From Candidatus Moraniibacteriota bacterium (GTDB lineage: Bacteria > Patescibacteriota > Minisyncoccia > Moranbacterales > UBA1568): a DNA stretch of 42,510 bases. This document shows, piece after piece, positions 32,191 through 40,570 of the stretch; the stretch's first letter is position 1, and each line of letters starts with the position of its first letter. The DNA is taken from NCBI GenBank assembly GCA_023261685.1, contig JAHFOM010000001.1, positions 1-42,510 on the forward strand, written 5' to 3'. The notes under the pieces were generated by a model, which was not told where the DNA came from, made no database searches, and was given only the letters and a program-made list of their open reading frames with translations. A program made the position numbers and the translations under genes.

Positions 32191-33279
32191 TCAACTCCGC
32201 TCCAAAAACTCGATCAATATCTCATACATCTCGTAAAGAGAGTTTGTATCTACCCATTCCCCACTCTGATGCGCTCCACCTCCTTTCGGTCTATAGAGAG
32301 ATGCAGGAACGCCGGACTCGGTAAAAAAGATTGCATCGCTCGTTCCGTTCTCATATACGAACGAAATATCCTTTTTCGTACGCTCACGAAGAATGCGTAC
32401 CAGAGTCTGTACATAGTGGTCATCTTCTACCGAAGAAAACATACCATTTTCAGCAATCATCTCAACCGCTCCTCTGGATCCAATTATCTTTTTTACGAGC
32501 GTAACAATTGCTTTCAGATCTTTACTCTGTATATACCGGATGTCGAAATACCCCAGCGCACATTCCGGTATTTGATTCAAACTGTTCTCACTCTCTATCC
32601 GCGTCAGTACCACGCTTGTCCGCCATGATTCTTTGGCGTTTGGCTCAGGAAATTTTTTCGCAATAATTTCCTGCAGACGCACCATTTTCAACAGGGGGTT
32701 GTCACCTTGCCACGGTTCTGAGGCGTGTGCGCTTTTCCCTGGTACTATCACCTTGATCTGAGCAAGCCCTTTCTGTTTTAAGACAATCCCCGTTTCATGA
32801 CCACCATCGGCTATAAATGCAAAGCATCCGCGATACCTTTCTTTTTCCAAAAGCATTCGCGTTCCGTATCCGGTCGTCTCTTCATCAGACGTTAGCATAA
32901 TCGCAATTTCTTTGTCTCCCCCTTTTTTCCGGTATTCGACGGTAGCATAGAGATATGCAACGATACCAGCCTTCATATCATATGCACCACGACCGTACAA
33001 CTTTGTGCCTTTCAATATCGGTTTGAAAAGTAATTTCTCCCCCGGTACGACATCAATATGTCCTGAAAAAATTATATCCACTGTCTTTTTTGCAGTCGTT
33101 GACAGAACAAGGGCAGGGTGCCCACGAAAAACATACCTCTTTATATAAAAGTCTTCCTTGAAAAGGTTTCCCAAGATAGCGAGACACACTTCCTGTTCCT
33201 TAATATTCGGTTCAGTCGATTCAATCGCCATCAGACGTTTCGAAAGACTGATAATCTGTTTTTTCAATTCTTGTGTCAT
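32191..33279 (-). CDS. M20-family metallopeptidase (ArgE/DapE/CPG2-like deacylase)
   Basis: 362 aa with metal-ligand motifs GHIDVVPG, GRGAYDMKAG and TSDEETTG. Confidence 0.85.
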   Translation of the reverse strand: MTQELKKQIISLSKRLMAIESTEPNIKEQEVCLAILGNLFKEDFYIKRYVFRGHPALVLSTTAKKTVDIIFSGHIDVVPGEKLLFKPILKGTKLYGRGAYDMKAGIVAYLYATVEYRKKGGDKEIAIMLTSDEETTGYGTRMLLEKERYRGCFAFIADGGHETGIVLKQKGLAQIKVIVPGKSAHASEPWQGDNPLLKMVRLQEIIAKKFPEPNAKESWRTSVVLTRIESENSLNQIPECALGYFDIRYIQSKDLKAIVTLVKKIIGSRGAVEMIAENGMFSSVEDDHYVQTLVRILRERTKKDISFVYENGTSDAIFFTESGVPASLYRPKGGGAHQSGEWVDTNSLYEMYEILIEFLERS

Positions 33280-33339
33280 AGTCTGTGATTTACACTAAAA
33301 ATTTTTGGTTGAGAAAAGTATTTTTATAAAGCCCTGATG

Positions 33340-33462
33340 CTACTTCTTCCCCACCCCAGAGAAAGAAGCCTGATCAGAGGTGCCAGCCTTGATTTTCGGA
33401 TTGATGAGGGGGAGCTCGATAATGAATCTTGCGCCTTTGCCCGGACCGTCTGATTCCACGTG
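33340..33462 (-). repeat. Histidine-kinase 3' tail, copy C (the one still attached to the gene)
   Basis: It encodes IHVESDGPGKGARFIIELPLINPKIKAGTSDQASFSGVGKK*. By eye it is roughly 75-80 percent identical in nucleotides to copies A and B. Confidence 0.8.
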
Positions 33463-35049
33463 GATATGACCGCCGTGCGCTTCGACGAAGTTCTTGCCGA
33501 CGAAGAGTCCGAGTCCCGTACCGGAGACCACCATCTTGGTCGTTTCATTGCTCCGGCTGAATTTCTCAAACAATTTATTCTTGTCTTCGGGGTGAATGCC
33601 GATACCAGTGTCTGAGACGATGATGCGCGCTACCCGGTCATCCCCCTCCACTGATACTGTGACTCCCCCCTCCTTGGTATACTTCAGAGCATTGTCGATC
33701 AGATTGGACACGACTTCTTTGATCTTGCCCGCATCCAGCGTGAGCTTGGGCAGTCCGACTTTCGGCAGATGGATCTTGAGCGAGAGCTTCTTGTTCTTCG
33801 CCGCCAGAGCGAACATATCCACGAGCTCCGCCACCAGTGGCTCCAGCTGTGTCGGTGCAAAAGCATACTGGATGCGTCCCGCTTCAATGCGCGAGATATT
33901 GAGGAGATCTTCTACCAATTGCACGAGCCGGCTGTTGATGGTATAGAGTTTGTCGAGTACGTCTTGGATCGCCACGGGGACTTTGCCATAGGAGCCTTCG
34001 AGGATGAGCGAGACATAGCCCTTGATAGCGGTCAGCGGCGTGCGCAACTGGTGCGAAGCGATGGAGATGAATTCCGATTTTGCCATATCGAGCTCGCGCA
34101 AGCGGTCATTGGCGACTGCCAGACTGTTCGAAAGTTTCTGGAGTTCTTCCTTGCGCTCTACTTCCGCTTTAACCGACCGGATGAGAATCCAACCAGCCAC
34201 CAGCGTAATGATGAGCGTAATACTGACCAAGATATAGTTCATCATACTAGTCACCACTGTCAGCATCGCGGCAATGAGGAGAAACTGCGTCACCACCAGC
34301 GCCTGCGCCCCGATGAGCTTGATATCAAAGGCTTTGAATTTGACGATGAGGTAGGCGAGGAAACCAATAAATACTGGCATTCCAAAAAGTCCATATTGTT
34401 CCCATTCAAAATTATCAAACAGACTCGCCCAATAACTACTTATAGAAAAGGAGAGGAGGAAGAAACCAATTCCTATTGTAAACAACAAAATTTTTCGCTT
34501 TTCTTCACGCTTAATCGCTTTTCTGTAGCGAAAGAATGAAACTCCTAAAATCCAAAATAATAATAAAAAGCCCACGATATAGTAGTAATCCGTGTAGAGT
34601 TTTGCTTCTGTTGATTCACAATTTGGAACATCAAATCCACTTAAATGAAAGTTGGTCATCGATAAAATAATCACTGGGAGCAATAGCATCCCAAAAATCA
34701 ACTTTTTATTAAGAGAAATATCACATCCATTTAGAAAAGAATAAAAGAGATAGACGGCTGATACATATATCAACATATAAATAACCCCCAAATATGCCCA
34801 TGTAAACATTATTTTGCTCCCATCCGTAGTCGTCCAAATAATCAAATCAAAATACGACCATAGTGAAAAAAATATAGAGAGCATCAAAAGTAAGCGGGCT
34901 GAGATATTTTTTCTATTTTTGACAAAAACAAACAAAGCTAACAATAAGGATACTGCCGCTGTCGGTATGTGAGAATAATACAATAACAATGGGTTTGATT
35001 GAATAAACTGATAGCAACTTTCGATATTGGTGACTAAGTTGAAATTCAT
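33340..35049 (-). CDS. Sensor histidine kinase with an N-terminal ~7-TM sensor domain
   Basis: 569 aa. H-box SIASHQLRTPLTAIKGY, N-box NLIDNALKYT, G1 DTGIGI and G2 GTGLGL. The N-terminal ~270 aa are polytopic membrane. Confidence 0.9.
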   Translation of the reverse strand: MNFNLVTNIESCYQFIQSNPLLLYYSHIPTAAVSLLLALFVFVKNRKNISARLLLMLSIFFSLWSYFDLIIWTTTDGSKIMFTWAYLGVIYMLIYVSAVYLFYSFLNGCDISLNKKLIFGMLLLPVIILSMTNFHLSGFDVPNCESTEAKLYTDYYYIVGFLLLFWILGVSFFRYRKAIKREEKRKILLFTIGIGFFLLSFSISSYWASLFDNFEWEQYGLFGMPVFIGFLAYLIVKFKAFDIKLIGAQALVVTQFLLIAAMLTVVTSMMNYILVSITLIITLVAGWILIRSVKAEVERKEELQKLSNSLAVANDRLRELDMAKSEFISIASHQLRTPLTAIKGYVSLILEGSYGKVPVAIQDVLDKLYTINSRLVQLVEDLLNISRIEAGRIQYAFAPTQLEPLVAELVDMFALAAKNKKLSLKIHLPKVGLPKLTLDAGKIKEVVSNLIDNALKYTKEGGVTVSVEGDDRVARIIVSDTGIGIHPEDKNKLFEKFSRSNETTKMVVSGTGLGLFVGKNFVEAHGGHIHVESDGPGKGARFIIELPLINPKIKAGTSDQASFSGVGKK

Positions 35050-35096
35050 ACTTGTTGATTCAAAAAATTTTGTATTTATATAAAATAATTTTTCTA

Positions 35097-35972
35097 CTAT
35101 ATTTTATCTAGTAAAGCATAAATTTTTAGCCGCTTAAAATCTATGCTGGACTCTTTGAAATTTAAGTTTTTAAATAAAGAAGATTTATAATGATAAACTA
35201 CTAAATCATTCTCACTTTTTTTTGGAACCAACGAAACTACAAGTGGCTTTACCCCAAATAATCCATATACTTTCTTAAAAGCAGGGGTGATAACTTCCTG
35301 CACAAAGCTTCCCTCATTCTTATCAGACAAATAATTTTCAAATAAAATACCATAGCAAATCAATAAAGCAAAATAATACTCATAGTATCTCTTGGCAACA
35401 CCACCATGCTTACTATACCATTCTGACATATCAAATACTGCCCCATCTAAATTCACACCGTTTCCTCGTAGCAATTCATGATGAAAATCAACAAGATTCA
35501 TCTCCGATAAAGTTAGAACATCACAAATTTTCTTACTTTCTGCCTGATTAAAATCAACTATCTTCTCAACAAATAACTTATCTCCAGCGTGCTTCCCTAC
35601 TCCATCTCGAAATACCAGTTTCCCTAAATAGTATTTACTAAGATTTCGAAAAGTAAACTTGTCCTGCAAGTATTCTAGAAAAACGTATTTCAGTCCTGAC
35701 GCCTCTGCCATATCCAAAAACCATGAAGTTTCATTGTTTGGAGAAGCAACATGTCTTGCGAGTATCGCTCGTGGCTCAGATAGGAAAACCTCCGGTATAT
35801 CCCCTCCCAAAAAATCCTCCACCTTCTTCCGCAACTCCTTGTCATTCCACCGCCTCCAAATCTCTTCCTTGGCTACCGAGAGCGGGGTATAGATGCCCAG
35901 ATCCACCGCTGTCTGCACCGTTTCTGTTGTCTTCGCTATCTCTGTTTCCTGCGTTTGCTTCTTGTCAGTCAT
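35097..35972 (-). CDS. Hypothetical protein (291 aa, no recognisable domain)
   Basis: A long ORF in the AT-rich block with its own candidate promoter. Its codon composition matches the neighbouring AT-rich genes. Confidence 0.6.
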   Translation of the reverse strand: MTDKKQTQETEIAKTTETVQTAVDLGIYTPLSVAKEEIWRRWNDKELRKKVEDFLGGDIPEVFLSEPRAILARHVASPNNETSWFLDMAEASGLKYVFLEYLQDKFTFRNLSKYYLGKLVFRDGVGKHAGDKLFVEKIVDFNQAESKKICDVLTLSEMNLVDFHHELLRGNGVNLDGAVFDMSEWYSKHGGVAKRYYEYYFALLICYGILFENYLSDKNEGSFVQEVITPAFKKVYGLFGVKPLVVSLVPKKSENDLVVYHYKSSLFKNLNFKESSIDFKRLKIYALLDKI

Positions 35973-36081
35973 ACCCTTTCGGAATTACTCATTAACTCCC
36001 ATACTCATCAGCATACTCAGCCACCGTGCCACAAAAAACAAAACAACATACCTAAAAACAAGCATCCTTATCACTGCTTTG

Positions 36082-36109
36082 ATTATACAATAAACCCCTC
36101 TTTTTGCAA
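36082..36109 (-). promoter_or_regulatory. Candidate promoter TTGCAA-N16-TATAAT for 35097..35972
   Basis: The complement of 36082-36087 is TATAAT, immediately preceded by TG. The -35-like TTGCAA lies at 36104-36109, inside a small hairpin (CCCCT/AGGGG). Confidence 0.45.
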
Positions 36110-36200
36110 GGGGGGAAAGGCAGGAGCAAACCTATTCAGAGAGGCACTCAAGCCCTGACACTCCCATACAACCCGCCCTCCTTGATATATTTCAAAACAT

Positions 36201-36965
36201 CTACAATAATTCCTTCTCTATCACCTCAAATAACGGCCTCATATATTCATCCAGTTTGATACCATGTTGATCAAAAAATTGAGCAAAGTCCGTCCTCTTC
36301 TTATCAAGCATGACAATCTCGCCAAATTCCGGCTGCTCGTCATTTTTCTGTAATTGCAAAACAAAATCTTCGTACCTCTGCATAAACTGCAGACTCATTT
36401 CATTAAGAATGACTCTGTACACGACCGTCATTTTGTCCGTCGGTCCGCCTTCTTTGAAATACGCCAGATCAAACGACTTGATTCTTGATTGATCCCCGAT
36501 GTCGATCCCGAGCTCTTCTGCCAGTTCTTTTTTGATATTATGCTCAAAGTCAAAAACATCACCCCGCAAATCATCACTATCGATCCCACCTCCACAGAGC
36601 TGGTAGATGCCAGCACGAGACGTCTGCTCCCCCATTTTTCCAAACACTATTTTCCCATCTTCTGTCTCCACGAGTGCCGCCGTATGGATAATGTGCACGC
36701 CGTATTCATCAAGCGTATCCACATTCTGACAGTAGAGATAGTGGGCATAATCCGTTTTTTCTACCACTATTTCCATACGATCTTCGAACGTTTCTTTTTT
36801 TGTGACCGTAAAAACATCGCCGCGTTTGTAAGATTTGCCACTTTGAAGCAGCGTGTCCCAATAGGCATCAATCTTTCCCTGTATATCCGGAGGAAGCATC
36901 ACCTCCTGATTACTGAAACGCACGATGAGTTTTTTTGTCAGTGGGGAAACTACAAAGTCTTTCAT
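36201..36965 (-). CDS. Nudix-like hydrolase domain protein (functional call tentative)
   Basis: 254 aa. The segment GGGIDSDDLRGDVFDFEHNIKKELAEELGI resembles a Nudix box (Gx5Ex7REUxEExGU) but with irregular spacing and K in place of R. It has a 4-nt overlap with the upstream kinase gene. Confidence 0.45.
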   Translation of the reverse strand: MKDFVVSPLTKKLIVRFSNQEVMLPPDIQGKIDAYWDTLLQSGKSYKRGDVFTVTKKETFEDRMEIVVEKTDYAHYLYCQNVDTLDEYGVHIIHTAALVETEDGKIVFGKMGEQTSRAGIYQLCGGGIDSDDLRGDVFDFEHNIKKELAEELGIDIGDQSRIKSFDLAYFKEGGPTDKMTVVYRVILNEMSLQFMQRYEDFVLQLQKNDEQPEFGEIVMLDKKRTDFAQFFDQHGIKLDEYMRPLFEVIEKELL

Positions 36966-37948
36966 AAGGTCTGATTGAGCTTGTTAAAAAAATTCCACGT
37001 TTCTAACGCACGAGCTTCATTGTGCGCCTCCTGACTTGCATATTTCTTATTATCCCAAGAAAAATAAGATTGCTCTACGGAATCAATAATAAAGCGCAGA
37101 CATAATTCGAGTGTAACATACTTTATACAAGATACGACTTGAACATATGAAACTTTTCCTGTTTTACTGTTCGCAGAATTATACCCAGTAAGGAATCTCT
37201 CGGTTGCTTTCTTAAAGTCAGACCTGCTGGATAATGACAAAAGTGACCGGAGACAATCTCCAATATCAATGTAGATAGATCCGATCATAAAAGTATCATA
37301 GTCTATGAAAACAAGGGGGGCATGCTGTTTCGTAAATAGAATATTTTCTATTCGTGGGTCACCATGAATAATCTGCTGTTTTTCAGAAAGGATGTCAAAA
37401 TACTTTTCAAGATTATTTACTGTATCACCAAGTATGTTTTGTAGCTGAGGAGTATACCTACTTTTGTTTATGGATATAGCTTTCTGAATATAGAAATTTT
37501 TTTGATGAAAGCCATTGAGAATATGTTTTGGCTTGTAATGAAGATCTGCAAGGTCTTTATGTAGCAGACCCAACAGCAAACCCACATTTCTGTGAAGACT
37601 CTTAGAAATGTGTTTTTGTGAAAAACTAATGCCATTGACATATTCATATACTCTCCATAAACTGTCGTCTCTCTCATAAAACATTGTACACTGCCGTGAT
37701 CGCAATAATCGTGGGCAATCCCACTTTCTTTTCAGTAAATGTTGCGTTATAACATCAATATCATACATTAATTTCTTTTTGAGCATTTGATGTAATTTCT
37801 GTATTACAAACTCCTTACCATAGATGTTTTTTACGTAAAATGTTTTATTGATAAGCCCACCCTTAAGAACCTCTGCCTTAGAAATACGACCAATATCATA
37901 ACTTTGTATGACTCTTTTAATCTCATCATTAAAGATTGATGTAATCAT
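36962..37948 (-). CDS. Aminoglycoside-phosphotransferase/choline-kinase-fold small-molecule kinase
   Basis: 328 aa with the catalytic loop IIHGDPRIENILF (HxDxxxxN) and the metal-binding FIDYDT. Confidence 0.8.
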   Translation of the reverse strand: MITSIFNDEIKRVIQSYDIGRISKAEVLKGGLINKTFYVKNIYGKEFVIQKLHQMLKKKLMYDIDVITQHLLKRKWDCPRLLRSRQCTMFYERDDSLWRVYEYVNGISFSQKHISKSLHRNVGLLLGLLHKDLADLHYKPKHILNGFHQKNFYIQKAISINKSRYTPQLQNILGDTVNNLEKYFDILSEKQQIIHGDPRIENILFTKQHAPLVFIDYDTFMIGSIYIDIGDCLRSLLSLSSRSDFKKATERFLTGYNSANSKTGKVSYVQVVSCIKYVTLELCLRFIIDSVEQSYFSWDNKKYASQEAHNEARALETWNFFNKLNQTL

Positions 37949-38633
37949 AAGGAAATGCCTTTATGGATATTTCGTCGAATATAACATTTGGCGATGTTTT
38001 TGAAATGTACAAAATAAGCTCTGCAATATCATCCGTCTGCAGTATATTTTCTTCTACAGCATTATCTACAGAGCGCGACATGTCAGTAAGTACGCTTCCT
38101 GGAGAAACGAGCATACATCGGATTCCAGTAGAAAAGTTCTCTTTTTGCAATGATTTTACAAGTCCCATCAATCCTGCCTTGCTGGATGCGTAAGAGCAGT
38201 CCTTCTCTGTTCCGGAAGATCCCCACCTAGATCCAATGAGAATGATGGTACCCTTTATACTTTTATCTCGGAAATATTGTGTTCCAAATTTTGCTACGTG
38301 AAAGGATCCTGTTAGATTTACATCTATCGTGGATTTCCAATCATCACGATCTGTTTTTTCTGAATTTTTAAGTTTCAATATCCCAGCACAATTCACTATA
38401 CACTGAAAATCTTCCCTATTCGACTGTTGAAAAAAGTTAGATACATCAGAAAAATTTGTTACATCAAGAGTCTGATAAAAAAAGCTGTTACTTTTCTGAA
38501 TATCTTCCGGTAAAGAATTGCTAATATCAACACCGTAAACGACAAATCCATTATCAAGAAACTTTCGAGCAATACTCCTACCCATACCCCCACAAACACC
38601 TACAATAAGTATTCCATTTTTAGAAGGCATCAT
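37929..38633 (-). CDS. Short-chain dehydrogenase/reductase (SDR)
   Basis: 234 aa. The cofactor loop is VGVCGGMGRSIA and the catalytic YxxxK is YASSKAG. It overlaps both neighbouring genes, by 20 nt and 14 nt. Confidence 0.85.
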   Translation of the reverse strand: MMPSKNGILIVGVCGGMGRSIARKFLDNGFVVYGVDISNSLPEDIQKSNSFFYQTLDVTNFSDVSNFFQQSNREDFQCIVNCAGILKLKNSEKTDRDDWKSTIDVNLTGSFHVAKFGTQYFRDKSIKGTIILIGSRWGSSGTEKDCSYASSKAGLMGLVKSLQKENFSTGIRCMLVSPGSVLTDMSRSVDNAVEENILQTDDIAELILYISKTSPNVIFDEISIKAFPYDYINL

Positions 38634-39612
38634 AAAATTTTTGAAAGGGGGGATTATCTATTGGGGAATAGTTAGAACTTGTGAGGTACTCTTTATCCCT
38701 CTTGCTTAGGTTACCAATCTTGTTTTTATTATAGACAAAGAAATGCCCATTTCTCGATACATAATTTATTTCGACGTTATTAAATAATGACTCGTGTATA
38801 GCCTCATTCATATCATTTTCTCCATATAAAATAGGTATGCGAGATTTTTGCTTAGCAAGAAACCCTGTAATGATATCAATTACTTTGGCGGAGGGAGTCT
38901 CTATACTACAGATATCACCATGTCCCCCATTCTCTATTGCAAACATAGTGAGATCAATAACATTTTGAGCAGTTAACATATAACGTGTCATACGTTTATC
39001 GCGTATCGTCACTGGCTTGTTTTCAACTATCTTTTTTTCAATAACATCTGTAAGCGATCCATTTGAATGAAGAATATTACCAAACCTGATAGCGATAAAC
39101 TTAATATGTGGGATATTTGCATTCTCTCCTAAAATTTCTAGAAATCGTTTTGAGGCTCCCATTGTGGATGAGGATTGTGCTGCTTTATCAGAAGAACATA
39201 AAATAACTCTCTCTATAAAATTACAGTTTCGCACAACCTTCATGATATTTGAAAAAGCAACAATATTTTCAAAAGCCATCTTTTCTGGATAGCAATACCC
39301 GGTAGACACATGTTTTAATGAGGCACAATGGATAACAATATTGACCTCGTATTTACAGAGAATTTCTTCTATAAATCTTGCATCAAGAACATCCCCAAAT
39401 TCAATATGAAACCGCTCTTTACTTTCAGACTCCCTTTTAATCTCCATAAGTTTTGCTAGAGCATCTTCCGATCGATCAATAGCACATATTTCATTTCCCT
39501 GAGATAAAAGAAATTTAGATAGGCTTAACCCTACTGTTCCGCCAGCTCCAGTGATAAGAATTTTTTTCATATGCTTTACATATGCTTTATAAGAGTATAA
39601 AAAATTGAGCAT
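38620..39612 (-). CDS. Polysacc_synt_2 family NDP-sugar 4,6-dehydratase/epimerase (CapD/PseB/WbpM-like)
   Basis: 330 aa, with an alternative start MKKILITGAGG at 39570. Motifs: ILITGAGGTVG, CASLKHV..YPEKMAFENI, SSDKAAQSSSTMGASK (the MxxxK variant typical of this family) and RFGNILHSNGS. Confidence 0.8.
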   Translation of the reverse strand: MLNFLYSYKAYVKHMKKILITGAGGTVGLSLSKFLLSQGNEICAIDRSEDALAKLMEIKRESESKERFHIEFGDVLDARFIEEILCKYEVNIVIHCASLKHVSTGYCYPEKMAFENIVAFSNIMKVVRNCNFIERVILCSSDKAAQSSSTMGASKRFLEILGENANIPHIKFIAIRFGNILHSNGSLTDVIEKKIVENKPVTIRDKRMTRYMLTAQNVIDLTMFAIENGGHGDICSIETPSAKVIDIITGFLAKQKSRIPILYGENDMNEAIHESLFNNVEINYVSRNGHFFVYNKNKIGNLSKRDKEYLTSSNYSPIDNPPFQKFYDAF

Positions 39613-39636
39613 CCTGGCGGTGCAGAATGCTCATAG

Positions 39637-40377
39637 TCAACCAGATGTTGGGATTCCAAAATACTTTATTATAAGATTGGAATTTTTCGAAAGAAAATCA
39701 AGATCTTCTAACGTCCCAAAATCAAAAAAGAACTTATTATTCATAATACTCCATACATCGGGGATGAGCCTTTCCATTGATTCTCGTTCAACATAAACAT
39801 CGTGGCTAGTATCAATGTTATCCAAGAACCTCTTTGTGTCCAAAACATAGAACCCCATCGTGCTCGAGGGAACACCTGAACACGTATTGTTTTTATCATA
39901 AAGTGACAGAATACTTCTTGTTTTTCTGTCTACTTTGACAAGACCGTAATTTGGAACATTCTTCTTGGTAGTAGTAAGCACAAGGCACGCCGCTTTTCTC
40001 TCAATGTGTTCCTTGCAAATTTTTCGCAAGTCAACACTCCATATATTATCACCAGTCAAAAGCAACGTATGATTATGTCTCACTTCAGACACCCCGGTAA
40101 AAGAACTAAAGGCAGTGCTTTTGGGATAGTCTTCCTCTACAAACCGTACTGACGAAGGAAAATTATTGTGAATTTCTTCCTCAATGAGCCATCCATTACA
40201 GGCGTTACTTCCTGTAACAATCACTTCGCTGATACCGTTTCGCAATAACCAAAAGACTAGATATCGCAAAAACGGAACCCCTCCAAAAGGGAGCATGCAC
40301 TTCGGTTTTTGCTCACAAATTTTACCAAGGCGACTTGCTCTTCCAGATGCTATGATAACTGCAGAAAAATGCACCAT
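39637..40377 (-). CDS. Sugar-phosphate nucleotidyltransferase (NTP_transferase family)
   Basis: 246 aa with the N-terminal signature AVIIASGRASRLG...KPKCMLPFGG. An AGGAGG RBS lies 4 nt upstream. It is the first gene of the AT-rich operon. Confidence 0.8.
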   Translation of the reverse strand: MVHFSAVIIASGRASRLGKICEQKPKCMLPFGGVPFLRYLVFWLLRNGISEVIVTGSNACNGWLIEEEIHNNFPSSVRFVEEDYPKSTAFSSFTGVSEVRHNHTLLLTGDNIWSVDLRKICKEHIERKAACLVLTTTKKNVPNYGLVKVDRKTRSILSLYDKNNTCSGVPSSTMGFYVLDTKRFLDNIDTSHDVYVERESMERLIPDVWSIMNNKFFFDFGTLEDLDFLSKNSNLIIKYFGIPTSG

Positions 40378-40500
40378 TTAACCCTCCTGATATGATTGTT
40401 GATGAACTGGTTTAATAGTAGATCAAAGCGTAGTTTTGTCAAGTGAGTGAGAGTAAACCAGAATTCAAACCCCGAAGCCCATTTTTTGAAGGATGGTTGC

Positions 40501-40545
40501 AAGTAAAAAATAAAAAACGGGTGGAAACAAGATTGTCCCCACCCG
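40501..40545 (-). terminator. Rho-independent terminator of 40571..41137
   Basis: Stem CGGGTGG (40518-40524) pairs with CCACCCG (40539-40545). On the minus strand it is followed by TTTTTTATTTTTT. It coincides with the GC-content drop. Confidence 0.8.
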
Positions 40546-40570
40546 CACTACTCTTTCTCTACAAATACTT

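Noticed and set aside
35990-36045. CCCATACTCATCAGCATACTCAGCCACC, resembling the long-arm segment CCCATACTCACCTCAGTTCAGCCACC of repeat copy 2 and possibly a third partial copy.
   Set aside because: The similarity is confined to ~25 nt of an internally repetitive ACTCA-rich stretch (TTACTCATT, ATACTCATC, ATACTCAGC). None of the core or terminal motifs are present nearby.
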